From assembly GCA_963832165.1 (NCBI GenBank), contig CAWHTE010000005.1, positions 64,001 through 128,000 of the forward strand: 64,000 bases of DNA, written 5' to 3'. Origin of the DNA: an uncultured delta proteobacterium (GTDB lineage Bacteria > Myxococcota_A > UBA9160 > SMWR01). The translations under genes and the position numbers were made by a program. Within the stretch, counting starts at the first letter, position 1. Every line of letters starts with the position of its first letter. Below are positions 20,947-33,005 of this stretch, piece after piece. The notes beneath the pieces were generated by a model that was given only the letters and a program-made list of their open reading frames with translations, was not told the origin of the DNA and made no database searches.

Positions 20947-21438
20947 TCACCCCTCGACCATCGGTTGAAGCTCCGCGCGCCACCGCGCGAGCAGTGCGGC
21001 GGCGTTCGGTCCGCGCGCTTCCATCTCGAGCTCGCGTTCACTCTCCGCGCCGCCGCGCGCGAGGCGGATCTCGAGCCGATCGGCCGGCCACGCGCCCGGC
21101 GCGCGCTCGGGCCATTCCGCCACCACGAGCGCACCCGGCGCGAGCCAGTCCAGAAGGCCCGCCGACTCGAGCTCGGCCTCGCTCCCGATCCGGTAGCAGT
21201 CGACGTGCACGAGTGCGCGGCCGCTCGCGAGCGGGATCTCCTGAGCCAGCACGAAGGTCGGGCTCTGCACCCGATCCGGATCGATACCGAGCCCGGACGC
21301 GAGCCCCTTCACGAAGCGCGTCTTGCCGGCGCCGAGCGGACCCGAGAGCAACACGATCGCGCCCGCCGCGTCGATCGCGCGCGCGAGCGCGGCCGCGAGC
21401 CGCTCTGTGGCCTCAGGGCTCGGGGAATGCAGCTGCAA
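20947..21438 (-). CDS. tsaE: tRNA threonylcarbamoyladenosine biosynthesis ATPase TsaE
   Basis: GPLGAGKTRF, VQSPTF, HVDCYRI, VAEWPE. Confidence 0.95.
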   Translation of the reverse strand: MQLHSPSPEATERLAAALARAIDAAGAIVLLSGPLGAGKTRFVKGLASGLGIDPDRVQSPTFVLAQEIPLASGRALVHVDCYRIGSEAELESAGLLDWLAPGALVVAEWPERAPGAWPADRLEIRLARGGAESERELEMEARGPNAAALLARWRAELQPMVEG

Positions 21439-23008
21439 GCTCGCGCTCGAACGGCGCGGGTACGGGCGTGTCGCGCAGCGCCGTGATCACGGCGGGCAGC
21501 GCGGTCAGGAGCTCGTGGGCGAGCAGACCCGTGTCGCCACGGCGCGCCGCGATGCGATCGCCCGCGGCACCGTGCAGGAACGCGCCGAGCGCACCCGCGC
21601 GCAGCGCGTCGACACCCTGCGCGAGCAGCCCCGTGATGATGCCGAGCAACACGTCGCCGGTGCCGCCGCTCGCGAGCGCGGGACCGCCGGTCGGGTTCAC
21701 GATCAGCTCGCCGTCGGGCGACGCCACCGCGGTGCCTGCCCCCTTGAGCACGACCACGGCACCGCTGCGCGCGGCCAGCTCACGCGCGGCGCTCGCGCGA
21801 TCCGCGTTCACCTGGCCCGCCTTCACGCCGAGCACCACGGCCGCTTCTCCCGGATGCGGCGTGAGCACGGTCGGCGCGCGCCGGCTGCGCAGCAGATCGA
21901 GCTCGCCCGCGAAAGCCACGACGCCGTCGGCATCCACCGCGAGCGGCAGATCGAGCCGCTTCGCGAGCGCACGCACGAGACCCGTGGTTTCGCGCGCGCG
22001 GCCGATCCCGGGTCCGAGACCCACCGCATCGCGCGTGGCCGCGAGCGCGACGATCCCCTCCTCGGCGGCCGCCGCGAAGCAACGCGCGCCGGTGTCGGGC
22101 AGCGGCGCGGTCATCGCCTCGGTGACCTTCGCCTCGAGGATGTCGTTGAGCCCGGCCGGACACGCGAGCGTCACGAGGCCCGCGCCGACGCGCCCCGCCC
22201 CTTCCGCGCACAGCGCCGCCGCACCGGTCTTGCCCTCGGAGCCGGCGACGAGCAGCGCGTGGCCGAAGGTTCCCTTGTGCGCGTCCGCGGGTCGCGCGGG
22301 CAGCGCCGCAGCCGCGCCCGCGCGCGTCCACAGCGTCGCGTCGAGCCGCAGGTCGGGGGCCGCATCGGCAATGCCGATCCGCGCCACGAAGATGCGTCCC
22401 GCGAGTCCGCGCCCCGGCTCGAACGCGAGGCCGAGCTTGGGCAGCCCGATCGTCACCGTGACGTCTGCGGCCACGGCGGCGCCTAGCACCTGTCCCGTAT
22501 CCGCGGACAGCCCGCTCGGCAGATCCACCGCGACCACGCGGATCGCATCCGGCCGCGCACTGCGCGCCGCGTTGATCCGCTGCACGCTCGCGCGCGCGTC
22601 GCCCGAGAGCGCGCGCGCCAGACCCGTGCCGAACAGCGCGTCGACGATCACGCCCGCTGCCGGGGCGCGCCAGCGCTTGCCTTCGAGCGGTACGCCCGCC
22701 GCACGCGCGCGCGCGAGCTGCGGGGCGGCGTCGCCGGACAGACGCTCGCTGAGCAACGCCGCGCGCACGGGCACACCGAGCGCGTGCAGGTGGCGCGCCA
22801 CGACGAGTCCATCGCCGCCGTTGTTCCCGGGCCCGCACACGACACACACGCTTTCGCCGGGCGAGAGGCGCGCGAGCACGGCCTGCACCACGGCGCGCCC
22901 CGCGCTCTCCATGAGCACGTCACCGGGTACGCCGAGCTCGTCGATCGTGTGCCGGTCGAGCGCCCGCATCTGTGCGGCGCTGACGAGCGGCCACACAGCA
23001 CGCGTCAC
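21413..23008 (-). CDS. nnr: Bifunctional NAD(P)H-hydrate epimerase/dehydratase
   Basis: LMESAG, GPGNNGGDG, DALFGTG, DLPSG, HKGTFG, VDADG, LTPHPGE, GGTGDVL. Confidence 0.95.
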   Translation of the reverse strand: MTRAVWPLVSAAQMRALDRHTIDELGVPGDVLMESAGRAVVQAVLARLSPGESVCVVCGPGNNGGDGLVVARHLHALGVPVRAALLSERLSGDAAPQLARARAAGVPLEGKRWRAPAAGVIVDALFGTGLARALSGDARASVQRINAARSARPDAIRVVAVDLPSGLSADTGQVLGAAVAADVTVTIGLPKLGLAFEPGRGLAGRIFVARIGIADAAPDLRLDATLWTRAGAAAALPARPADAHKGTFGHALLVAGSEGKTGAAALCAEGAGRVGAGLVTLACPAGLNDILEAKVTEAMTAPLPDTGARCFAAAAEEGIVALAATRDAVGLGPGIGRARETTGLVRALAKRLDLPLAVDADGVVAFAGELDLLRSRRAPTVLTPHPGEAAVVLGVKAGQVNADRASAARELAARSGAVVVLKGAGTAVASPDGELIVNPTGGPALASGGTGDVLLGIITGLLAQGVDALRAGALGAFLHGAAGDRIAARRGDTGLLAHELLTALPAVITALRDTPVPAPFERELAAAFPEP

Positions 23009-23715
23009 AGGAGCAGCTCGCGCAGATCGCGCAGCGCGCGGTCGAGCCCGACCAGGAGCGAGCGCGTGACTGCGGCGCGGCCCACCGCGACCCGCTCCGC
23101 GGCGGGCGCCGCCTGGATCACCTCGGAGAGCGTGCGGTAGCCGAGCCCCCCTGCGAGCCCGAGCCCGATCTGGAGCTTCGAGGCGAGCCGCGCGGCGTCG
23201 CCGAGCTGCTTGAGCGCGGCACGTCGCTCCACGGGCGGCAGATCCACGATCCCGCCCGTGTAGAGCTCGATCTGGTTGAACCCGTGCGCGTGTGCCGTCT
23301 TCACCGCGTCGAGCGTAGGCGATACGAGCGCGGCCACGGCGATTCCCGCATCCGCGAACGTGCGCAGCATGCTCCCGAGCCCGCCGGCTCCGGTGCGGAA
23401 GTCGAGCGGGGTCGAGGCGCTGCGCCCCTCGCGCCGATCGGAGGCCAGGAGCACCGAGTTGGGCCGCACGTCGAGCGCCACGCGCATGAGCGAGTCGAGC
23501 GGCGGCATGCGCAGCTCGAGCCTGCGCGCCGCGCGCCGCGTGTCGTGCAGGTCCTCCTCGCGCACGGGCTTGAGGTCCGGGTTCACGCCGAGCCTTATGG
23601 CGTCGACCCCCGCGAGCTCCGCGAGCGTCGATGCCGCGGGCAGGTCGACATCGGTTGCGGCCATCGCATCGCGCAGGCTCGGCAGTGCGTCGAGCTCGAG
23701 CGTGAGACTGCGCAT
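23005..23715 (-). CDS. Pyridoxine 5'-phosphate synthase (PdxJ)-like protein, active-site residues not conserved
   Basis: Full-length colinear similarity to PdxJ (AELAGVDAI, DAGIAV, IELYTG, GLGY) and canonical glmM-pdxJ-nnr position. Confidence 0.7.
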   Translation of the reverse strand: MRSLTLELDALPSLRDAMAATDVDLPAASTLAELAGVDAIRLGVNPDLKPVREEDLHDTRRAARRLELRMPPLDSLMRVALDVRPNSVLLASDRREGRSASTPLDFRTGAGGLGSMLRTFADAGIAVAALVSPTLDAVKTAHAHGFNQIELYTGGIVDLPPVERRAALKQLGDAARLASKLQIGLGLAGGLGYRTLSEVIQAAPAAERVAVGRAAVTRSLLVGLDRALRDLRELLL

Positions 23716-25082
23716 CAGGCCGATCCCGCGAGGCTGCGTTGGAGCGCCGCGGCGAGCTCCGCCGCATACCCGCGCACGCGCGTCTCGTCGTCGCCCTCCA
23801 CCATCACGCGCGCCTTGGGCTCGGTGCCGCTGTAGCGCACGAGCACGCGACCATCGGTGCCGAGCTCCTGCTCCACCGCGCGCAGCCGCTTCTGGAACTC
23901 GGGCAGCTCCTCGACCGGGCGCTTGTGCGCGACGGTCACGTTCACGAGCACCTGCGGCACGCGCTCGAAGCCGGCCGCGAGCTGGGAGAGCGGCTGTCCG
24001 GTGCGGCGCATGATCGCGAGCACCTGGAGCGCCGTGAGCAGGCCGTCGCCCGTCGTGTTGTGATCGAGCAGGACGACGTGGCCGGACTGCTCGCCGCCCA
24101 GGTTGTACCCACCCGCGCGCATCGCCTCCACCACGTAGCGATCGCCGACCGCCGTGCGGACGAGGCCGACTCCCTCGCGCGCAAGCGCGCGCTCGAGGCC
24201 GAGGTTGCTCATCACGGTCGACACCACCGATCCACCGCGCAGCACACCGCGCGCACGCGCGTCGCGCGCGAGCAGCGCGAGCAGCGCGTCGCCGTCCACG
24301 GTCTGTCCGCGCTCGTCGAGCATCACGCAGCGGTCGGCGTCGCCGTCGACCGCGACGCCGACGTCGCCGCGCACCTCGTGCAGCTTCGCGCTCGTCCGCT
24401 CCGGGAACAGCGCGCCGCACGCATCGTTGATGTTGCGCCCGTTCGGATCGACGCCGATCGCGACCACCTCTGCACCGAGCTCGCGAAACACGGTCGGCCC
24501 GACCTTGTAGGACGCGCCGTGCGCGCAATCGAGCACGATCCGCACGCCCTCGAGCGACAGCTCGCGCGGAAAGCTCTTCTTGAGGAAGACGACGTAACGC
24601 CCGGCGACGTCGTCGATTCTTCGCGCAGCCCCGATCGCGTCGGCGTCTGCGCGGTGCTTTGCGAGCGCGCCCGAGTGGATCAGCTGCTCCATGTGCAGCT
24701 CGAGCTCGTCGGGCAGCTTGAACCCGTCGCGCGAGAAGAACTTGATGCCGTTGTCCTGGTAGCTGTTGTGGCTCGCGGAGATCATCACGCCCGCGTCGCA
24801 GCGCATGTCCGCGGTCAGGAACGCCATGCCCGGCGTGGGCATCGGGCCCACCTGGAGCACGTCGACGCCCATCGAGCAGATTCCGGCCGCCATCGCGTCT
24901 TCGAACAGGTAGCCCGAAAGGCGCGTGTCCTTGCCGATGATGATCTGGGTGCGTTCGCTGCGCCGGGTCGCGAGCACGTGCGCCACGGCCTGGCCGAGCG
25001 CCAGCGCCATTTCCGCCGTCATCGGGTGCACGTTCGCGCGCCCGCGCACGCCATCCGTGCCGAACAGCCGCTCCTTGCTCAT
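23715..25082 (-). CDS. glmM: Phosphoglucosamine mutase
   Basis: LFGTDGVRG, GKDTRLSG, ISASHN, DGDADR, GGEQSGH, RYSGTEP. Confidence 0.97.
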   Translation of the reverse strand: MSKERLFGTDGVRGRANVHPMTAEMALALGQAVAHVLATRRSERTQIIIGKDTRLSGYLFEDAMAAGICSMGVDVLQVGPMPTPGMAFLTADMRCDAGVMISASHNSYQDNGIKFFSRDGFKLPDELELHMEQLIHSGALAKHRADADAIGAARRIDDVAGRYVVFLKKSFPRELSLEGVRIVLDCAHGASYKVGPTVFRELGAEVVAIGVDPNGRNINDACGALFPERTSAKLHEVRGDVGVAVDGDADRCVMLDERGQTVDGDALLALLARDARARGVLRGGSVVSTVMSNLGLERALAREGVGLVRTAVGDRYVVEAMRAGGYNLGGEQSGHVVLLDHNTTGDGLLTALQVLAIMRRTGQPLSQLAAGFERVPQVLVNVTVAHKRPVEELPEFQKRLRAVEQELGTDGRVLVRYSGTEPKARVMVEGDDETRVRGYAAELAAALQRSLAGSA

Positions 25083-25741
25083 CGCTGGCCCCGCTTTCCC
25101 CGTGCGGGGATCTCATCGACCTGCACGCGCACCTTCACGGGCCGTGCCTCGTCCATCCACACGTGATCGGGCAGCGCGAGCCGCACCTCCCGATCGAGTG
25201 ACTCCCGGACGCCCCGGATCTCGAGCGGCTCCGTGATCGCCTCGCGCATCGACGTCACCTCGCGCCGGTCACCCGTGAGCCAGACGTAGGGCGGGTCTAC
25301 TTCCACCCAGGCCACGTTGTACCCCTCTGCGGGGTCCCCAACGATATCGGCCCGCACGCGGATCGACTTGCGCCCTCGCGGCGCGAACTTGATCTCGATG
25401 CTCGCGGGCGAGCGGGACACGATCCGGGCCCCGTTGGGCAGCTGCTCCTCGATCCGCCCCTGATCGATCTCGTAGACCGCCTCGCCGCGCTGCGCGCCCG
25501 ACACGTCGATCCGGTACTCCATCTTCCCGGGCCCCACGTCGCGCAGCGCCGCGCGGCTCCCGAGCACGCGGATGTTCACGGCGCGCGCGCTCTGGTCTAC
25601 GAGCACGAGGTCTTCGGACACGCCATCGAACACGATCGGAATGTCGACGCCGCGCTCGATGTCCGAGCTGCCGTGGGCCATGCCCCAGAGCACCATCGCG
25701 ATCGCCCACGCGAGCAGGAGCGTTCCGATGCGCAGCGGCAT
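25079..25741 (-). CDS. cdaR: CdaR/YbbR family regulator of diadenylate cyclase
   Basis: N-terminal TM (AIAMVLW) plus beta-rich YbbR-like repeats (GDPAEGY..VDPPYV); sits between cdaA and glmM. Confidence 0.8.
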   Translation of the reverse strand: MPLRIGTLLLAWAIAMVLWGMAHGSSDIERGVDIPIVFDGVSEDLVLVDQSARAVNIRVLGSRAALRDVGPGKMEYRIDVSGAQRGEAVYEIDQGRIEEQLPNGARIVSRSPASIEIKFAPRGRKSIRVRADIVGDPAEGYNVAWVEVDPPYVWLTGDRREVTSMREAITEPLEIRGVRESLDREVRLALPDHVWMDEARPVKVRVQVDEIPARGKRGQR

Positions 25742-25751
25742 GGCGCCTGAC

Positions 25752-26654
25752 CTAACCCGCCGCCCGCAGCGAAGAGTCCTGCGCGGGCGGCGCCGCCTCG
25801 TCCGTCACGGCCGGCAGCGGCTCGATCGCGAGCTCGGTGTCGGGGATGTCGCGCAGATCGCGGCGCTCGCCGCTCAGGATGTCGCGCAGCACGGCGCGCA
25901 GGCGCGGCGCGTCGAGCCCCTGGACGAGCGCGCCGGTGAGCGCCACCGACATGCCGCCCGTCTCCTCGGACACGACCACCACGACCGCGTCGGTCTCCTC
26001 CGAGAGCCCGACCGCCGCGCGATGGCGCGTGCCGACGCCGTCCGGCAGATCCTCGCGCATCGTGAGCGGCAGGATGCAGCCCGCGTACGACACGCGGCCG
26101 TTCTGGAGCAACACGGCGCCGTCGTGCAGCGGCGAGTACGGAATGAATACCGAGATGAGCAGGTCCTTGCTGACCGCCGCGTCGAGCTGCGTGCCCGTCT
26201 CGATCTGGTCGACGAGCTGGATCTCGCGCTCGAGCACGATCAGCGCGCCGACCCGCTTGCGCGACAGCTCCTGACACGCGCGCACGACCTCCTCGAGCAT
26301 CTGTGTCTCGCGCTGCAGCACCGCGGACGGGAAGAAGCCACGTCCCACGCGCGCGAGCGCGCGGCGGATGTCGTGCTGGAACAGCACGATCACGATCAAC
26401 ACGCCGTACTGCACGAAGTTCTCGAGCACGGTGCGCAGCGTGACGAGCTGGAAGATCTCGGAGGCCACGCTCGCCGCGTACAGCACGAGCAGGCCCAGCA
26501 GGATCTGGAACGCGCGCGTGCCGCGGATCAGGAGCAGGAGCCAGTAGATCCCGATCGTGACCAGCAGAATGTCGATCACGTCGCGCACGGGATCGAAGTT
26601 CGCGCCGAAGTACTCGAGCAGGTTGCGCAGCAGGTTCCAGACCGTCTCGATCAT
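25752..26654 (-). CDS. cdaA: Diadenylate cyclase CdaA/DacA
   Basis: Three TMs, LFQHDIRRAL, PLHDGAV, GTRHRAAVG, VSEETG. Confidence 0.95.
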   Translation of the reverse strand: MIETVWNLLRNLLEYFGANFDPVRDVIDILLVTIGIYWLLLLIRGTRAFQILLGLLVLYAASVASEIFQLVTLRTVLENFVQYGVLIVIVLFQHDIRRALARVGRGFFPSAVLQRETQMLEEVVRACQELSRKRVGALIVLEREIQLVDQIETGTQLDAAVSKDLLISVFIPYSPLHDGAVLLQNGRVSYAGCILPLTMREDLPDGVGTRHRAAVGLSEETDAVVVVVSEETGGMSVALTGALVQGLDAPRLRAVLRDILSGERRDLRDIPDTELAIEPLPAVTDEAAPPAQDSSLRAAG

Positions 26655-27521
26655 GCGGCGTCTCCGCGCCCAGCCTCATGGACTTGCCGGAGCGCGCGCG
26701 CGACCGCGCACGCGCGCACGGCGCCCGCGACGTCGTGCACTCGCACCGCGTCGGCACCCTCGTAGACCGCGATCGCACACGCGGCGTGGCTCGCGGTGTC
26801 GCGCGCCGCGGCCACGTCCCCCGTGATCCGGCCCAGGAACGACTTGCGCGACGGTCCCACCAGCACCGGCAGGTCGCCGCCCACCGCAGCGCGCAGTGCG
26901 CCGATTCCGACCAGGAGTGCGAGGTTGTCCTCGGGCCGCTTGGCGAAGCCGATGCCGGGGTCGATCACGAGCGCGCGGTCGGCGACTCCGGCCGCGCGCG
27001 CGACCGCGAGCGATTCGCGCAGCTCGGCCGCGACCTCGTCGATCACCGCGTCGTAATGGGGTGCCGCCTGCATCGTCTCGGGCGTGCCGCGCGAATGGCC
27101 GACCACGAGCGTCGCGCCCGCGCGCGCCACCACGCCCGCGATCGCCGGATCGAAGCGCAATCCCGACACGTCGTTGACGATGTGCGCGCCAGCCGCGACC
27201 GCGTCCTCTGCAACGCGCGCCTTGCGCGTGTCGATCGAGAGCGGCACCGCGAAGCGCTTCGCGAACGCCTCGATCAGCGGCACCGTGCGCGCGCACTCGA
27301 GTTCCGCGGGCACCTCGGCCGCGCCCGGGCCGCGTCGATTCGCCGCCCACGTCGAGCACGTCCGCACCGTCGCGGATCAGCGCCGCGGCCAGATCGATCG
27401 CGCGCGGGAGATCGAGCTCGCCCGCGCTGGCTACGAATCGGCCGCCGTCCGAGAACGAGTCCGGCGTGGCGTTCAGTACGCCGATCACCACCGTTCTCGC
27501 GCGGCGGAAGATCGCCGACAT
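26651..27521 (-). CDS. folP: Dihydropteroate synthase, split by one frameshift near 27325
   Basis: GVLNATPDSFSDGG and DVGGESTRPG in one frame; SIDT, VNDVSG, IDPGIGFAK, GPSRKSF, VRVHDV in the next. Confidence 0.9.
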
Positions 27522-27533
27522 GCGGCGCCCTCC

Positions 27534-29456
<1,923 letters not shown>

Positions 29457-29520
29457 ATAGCTCTCCGTGGCGCGGGCGAAAAAACCGAGTGGTGAATGCA
29501 GCTTAGCAGACGAATTCGCC

Positions 29521-30555
29521 CTATGTCCGCGGGGTCGGGGAATCTCCACCCGTGGGCCCGAGCCGGAACCCCGCGCGATCGCAGCGAAGTTCGAGCCCGC
29601 CGGGCAGCTCGATGTGCCGCCCCGGCGATGCATCGCGCAGGAAGCGCTCGATCCGCTCGAGGTGTACCCGCTCGACGTGCCGTGCGGAGCCCGCGCGTGC
29701 AAGCGCCTCGCGGGCCAGCCGCCTCGACAGCGCCTCGGGCAGCGCACCCCAGTCCTTCGCGTCGATCCGCAGCCACGCTCCCTCGCTCGTGAAGCGCGCG
29801 CCCGCCTCCCGCTCGACCCACGCGCGGATCCACTCCGTATCCCTGCGTTGCGCTTCGGCAAGATCTGCAATCGCCCTGAGCCATTGCGGGTTCAAATCGC
29901 GCGCGAACGAGGGCAGCCAGCTGCGCAGCCGATTGCGCGCGTAATCGGGCGAGGCATTCGAGCGATCCTCGCGCCACGCGAGGCGCCGGGCCGCCGCATA
30001 GTGCTCGAGCTCGGCGCGCGAGAGGCGCAGGAGCGGCCGCACGATCCGGCCGTCGGGCGAGCGATCGGGGATTCCGCCGAGCCCATCCGGCCCCGTGCCG
30101 CGGAACAGGCGCAGCAGCACGGTCTCGGCCTGGTCGTCCGCGTGGTGTGCCGTCGCGATCCGCTGTGCGCCGATCTGCGCCGCCATGCGCTCGAGCGCGG
30201 CGTAGCGCAGCGTGCGCGCGGCCTCCTGGAGCGTCGGTCGGTTCCGACTCGAGACTCCCTCTCGCAACGCGCCCGGCACCACCCGCTCGACCGCAAACGG
30301 CGCGCCCAACTCTTGCGCGAGCGCCGCGACCGCCGCCTCGTCGGCGTCCGCGTCCGCGCCGCGCAAACCGTGGTGCACGTGAGCGATCGCGAGCGCGAAC
30401 CCGCCCCGCGCCGCGATCGTTGCGAGCGCGCACGCCAACACGGTCGAGTCGAGTCCGCCCGACACCGCTGCGAGCACCGTGTGGCCGCGCAGATCGAGGC
30501 GCACCGCCGCCCGCTCGAGCTCGCGCTCGACACGGCGCACGGGGTCTCGCCTCAC
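29521..30555 (-). CDS. tilS: tRNA(Ile)-lysidine synthetase
   Basis: [43 protein letters not shown]. Confidence 0.95.
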   Translation of the reverse strand: MRRDPVRRVERELERAAVRLDLRGHTVLAAVSGGLDSTVLACALATIAARGGFALAIAHVHHGLRGADADADEAAVAALAQELGAPFAVERVVPGALREGVSSRNRPTLQEAARTLRYAALERMAAQIGAQRIATAHHADDQAETVLLRLFRGTGPDGLGGIPDRSPDGRIVRPLLRLSRAELEHYAAARRLAWREDRSNASPDYARNRLRSWLPSFARDLNPQWLRAIADLAEAQRRDTEWIRAWVEREAGARFTSEGAWLRIDAKDWGALPEALSRRLAREALARAGSARHVERVHLERIERFLRDASPGRHIELPGGLELRCDRAGFRLGPTGGDSPTPRT

Positions 30556-30562
30556 ACCGCCC

Positions 30563-31423
30563 CTACTTGAGTGCGCTCGCGTCGCCCGCGAGGATGCGCG
30601 TGCCGTCGGTCTTGTCCAGCCACACTTCGCAGTGCACGCGCGTGCGCGTGCCCTCTGCCTGCTCGTCTTTGATCCGGCCGTGCACGTTCACGGTCTCGTC
30701 GACCCAGAGCACGTTGGTGAGCTTCACCGACATGCGCCCGCCGCGCAGCCAACCCTCGCCGAAGTGATCCTGCATGAGCTGCGACACGAAGCAGGTCGAC
30801 ATCATTCCCTGCACCACGATCGTCGGGAAGCCGAGCTTCTTCGCCTGCTCGCGATCGGTGTGATAGTTGCGGCCCGGACCCGAGAACATCCAGCAGCGGC
30901 GCTCGTCGACGGTCTTCTCCAGCGGCGCGAGATCGGGGCCCGTGGCGGTCGGGAACGGCGGCGGCGGCGCCTTCTTCTGCGCGGTCTTCTCGTCGACGAC
31001 GAAGCCGCCCTCGCCCTGGTCCTTCTTGGGCGGCAGGAAGGACTGGTGTGTGTGGCCGCGCACGAGCAGCTCGCCCGTCGCGTCCAGCAATACGTCGGTC
31101 TCGTTCACGATCCACTCGCGCCCGCGGCGCTGGTAGCGCTCGATGATCGTCGAGCGCGTGCGCACGCGCGCTCCGAGCGGGATCGGCGCGAACAGGAACC
31201 AGTCCTGGCGGCCGTGCAGGTTCCCGAACAGGTTCTTCAGGTACCACTCGCCGACGAACTTGTAGCACTCGGAGTGGTAGAGCAGCGGTGGCGCATACTG
31301 CGCCTGCAGCGGATGGTGATCGCCGAGCGCGTCGGCGTAGAAGTCCACCACCCCCTTCTCCGCCTCGTAGACGTTCGATCCGCAGTGGCGGCCCACGTAC
31401 GCGGGTTGTCCGAGCAGGTTCAC
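30563..31423 (-). CDS. MaoC family (double hot-dog) dehydratase
   Basis: NYHTDREQAKKLGFPTIVVQGMM C-terminal MaoC motif; N-terminal hot-dog-like domain (LHGRQDW). Confidence 0.8.
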   Translation of the reverse strand: MNLLGQPAYVGRHCGSNVYEAEKGVVDFYADALGDHHPLQAQYAPPLLYHSECYKFVGEWYLKNLFGNLHGRQDWFLFAPIPLGARVRTRSTIIERYQRRGREWIVNETDVLLDATGELLVRGHTHQSFLPPKKDQGEGGFVVDEKTAQKKAPPPPFPTATGPDLAPLEKTVDERRCWMFSGPGRNYHTDREQAKKLGFPTIVVQGMMSTCFVSQLMQDHFGEGWLRGGRMSVKLTNVLWVDETVNVHGRIKDEQAEGTRTRVHCEVWLDKTDGTRILAGDASALK

Positions 31424-31454
31424 GGCCGCCTCCTCTCTGCTATTTCACCGTCCG

Positions 31455-32984
31455 ATGAGCTCGCCGCTGCACAACGTCGGTGCGTGGACGCTGCGGAGGG
31501 CGCAGATCGGGCCGGATCACCTCGCGGTGGTCGACGCGGATCGTAGCCTCGATTACCGGGCCCTCCACGAGCGCACGGGCCGCTGCGCGGCGCTGCTCGC
31601 CGCGCGCGGGGTCCGCGCGGGCGACCGCGTGGCGCTCCTGCTCGGCAACCGCAGCGCCTACCTCGAGCTCGTGTTCGCGGCCGCACGGATCGGCGCGATC
31701 GCGGTGCCGATCAACGCGCGGCTCACGGCACCCGAGGTGCGCGGATTGCTCGCGGACTGCACTCCCACGCTGCTCGTGCACGAGCACTCGCTCGACGCGC
31801 TCGCGGCCGACGTCGGCGCGCCGCAGCGCCTCGCCTGCCCCGACGCCTACGAAGCCGAGCTCGCCGCGCACGCTCCGCACGAGGCGATCCTGCCCGTCGC
31901 GCCCGATCACCCGATGATCCTCATGTACACATCGGGCACCACGGGCCAGCCCAAGGGCGCGCTGCTGCCGCACCGCAAGACGCTCTACAACAGCCTCAAC
32001 GCCGAGCTCTTCTTCGGACTGCGCCGCGAAGACCGCGTCCTCGTTGCGCTCCCGCTCTTCCACTCGTTCGGGCTCGCGATCCTCTCGCTGCCCGCGCTCT
32101 ACGCGGGCGCGACGGTCTACCTCGAGCCGCGCTTCGACGCCGCGCGCACGTGGCAGCGCGTGGCGTCCGAGCGGATCACGTTCCTGGGCGCCGTGCCCAC
32201 GCAGCTCGCCGCGTTGCTCGCGGACCTCGAAGCGCGGGGCGACGCGACGCCGCCGCCTTCGCTGCGCTTCCTGTTCGGCGCGGGCGCTGCAGTGCCGGTC
32301 GAACAGATCCGGGGCTTCGAGGCACGCGGGATCGTGCTGAAGCAGGGCTTCGGCCAGACCGAGACCTCGATTCTCTGTTGTCTCGACGCGAGCGATGCGA
32401 TCCGCAAAGCGGGCAGCGTCGGGCGGCCCGTGTTCCACGCCGAGCTGCGCGTGGTGAGTCAGGCCGCGATCGACGGACCCGTCGAGAGCTGGGTCGATTG
32501 CGCCGTGGGCGAGCCCGGCGAGATCGTCGTGCGCGGACCGATCACGATGCTCGGCTACTGGAACCGCCCCGACGAGACCGCCGCGACGCTGCGCGGCGAA
32601 TGGCTGCGCACGGGCGACCTCGCCACACGCGACGACGAGGGCTTCCTCACGCTCGTCGGACGCGCGCGCGACATGTACATCTCGGGCGGCGAGAACGTCT
32701 ACCCCGCGGAGGTCGAGGCCGCCTACGCGCAGCACCCCGCGGTGCGCGATATTGCGATCGTGGGCGTGCCCGACCCGCGCTGGGGCGAGGTCGGCCGCGC
32801 ATTCGTCGTGCCACGCGACGGATGCGCAGTGGACGGCGAGGCGCTGCGCGCCTGGGGCGCCGAGCGCCTCGCCCGTTTCAAGCTGCCGCGCGACTTCGTC
32901 GCGCTCGACACCCTGCCCCGCACCGAGACCGGCAAGGTTCAGAAGCACCGACTCTCGCAGGACGGGTCGGGCCGAAGGCCCTGA
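31455..32984 (+). CDS. Acyl-CoA synthetase (AMP-binding, MenE/FadD-like)
   Basis: YTSGTTGQPKG, GFGQTE, WLRTGDL, ISGGENVYPAEVE, TGKVQK. Confidence 0.92.
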   Translation: MSSPLHNVGAWTLRRAQIGPDHLAVVDADRSLDYRALHERTGRCAALLAARGVRAGDRVALLLGNRSAYLELVFAAARIGAIAVPINARLTAPEVRGLLADCTPTLLVHEHSLDALAADVGAPQRLACPDAYEAELAAHAPHEAILPVAPDHPMILMYTSGTTGQPKGALLPHRKTLYNSLNAELFFGLRREDRVLVALPLFHSFGLAILSLPALYAGATVYLEPRFDAARTWQRVASERITFLGAVPTQLAALLADLEARGDATPPPSLRFLFGAGAAVPVEQIRGFEARGIVLKQGFGQTETSILCCLDASDAIRKAGSVGRPVFHAELRVVSQAAIDGPVESWVDCAVGEPGEIVVRGPITMLGYWNRPDETAATLRGEWLRTGDLATRDDEGFLTLVGRARDMYISGGENVYPAEVEAAYAQHPAVRDIAIVGVPDPRWGEVGRAFVVPRDGCAVDGEALRAWGAERLARFKLPRDFVALDTLPRTETGKVQKHRLSQDGSGRRP

Positions 32985-33005
32985 CCCGCCGAAGCCGCGA
33001 CCTCC

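Noticed and set aside
26651..27521. folP as a true pseudogene
   Set aside because: Single extra base with all motifs intact; same error pattern recurs elsewhere, so assembly error is more likely
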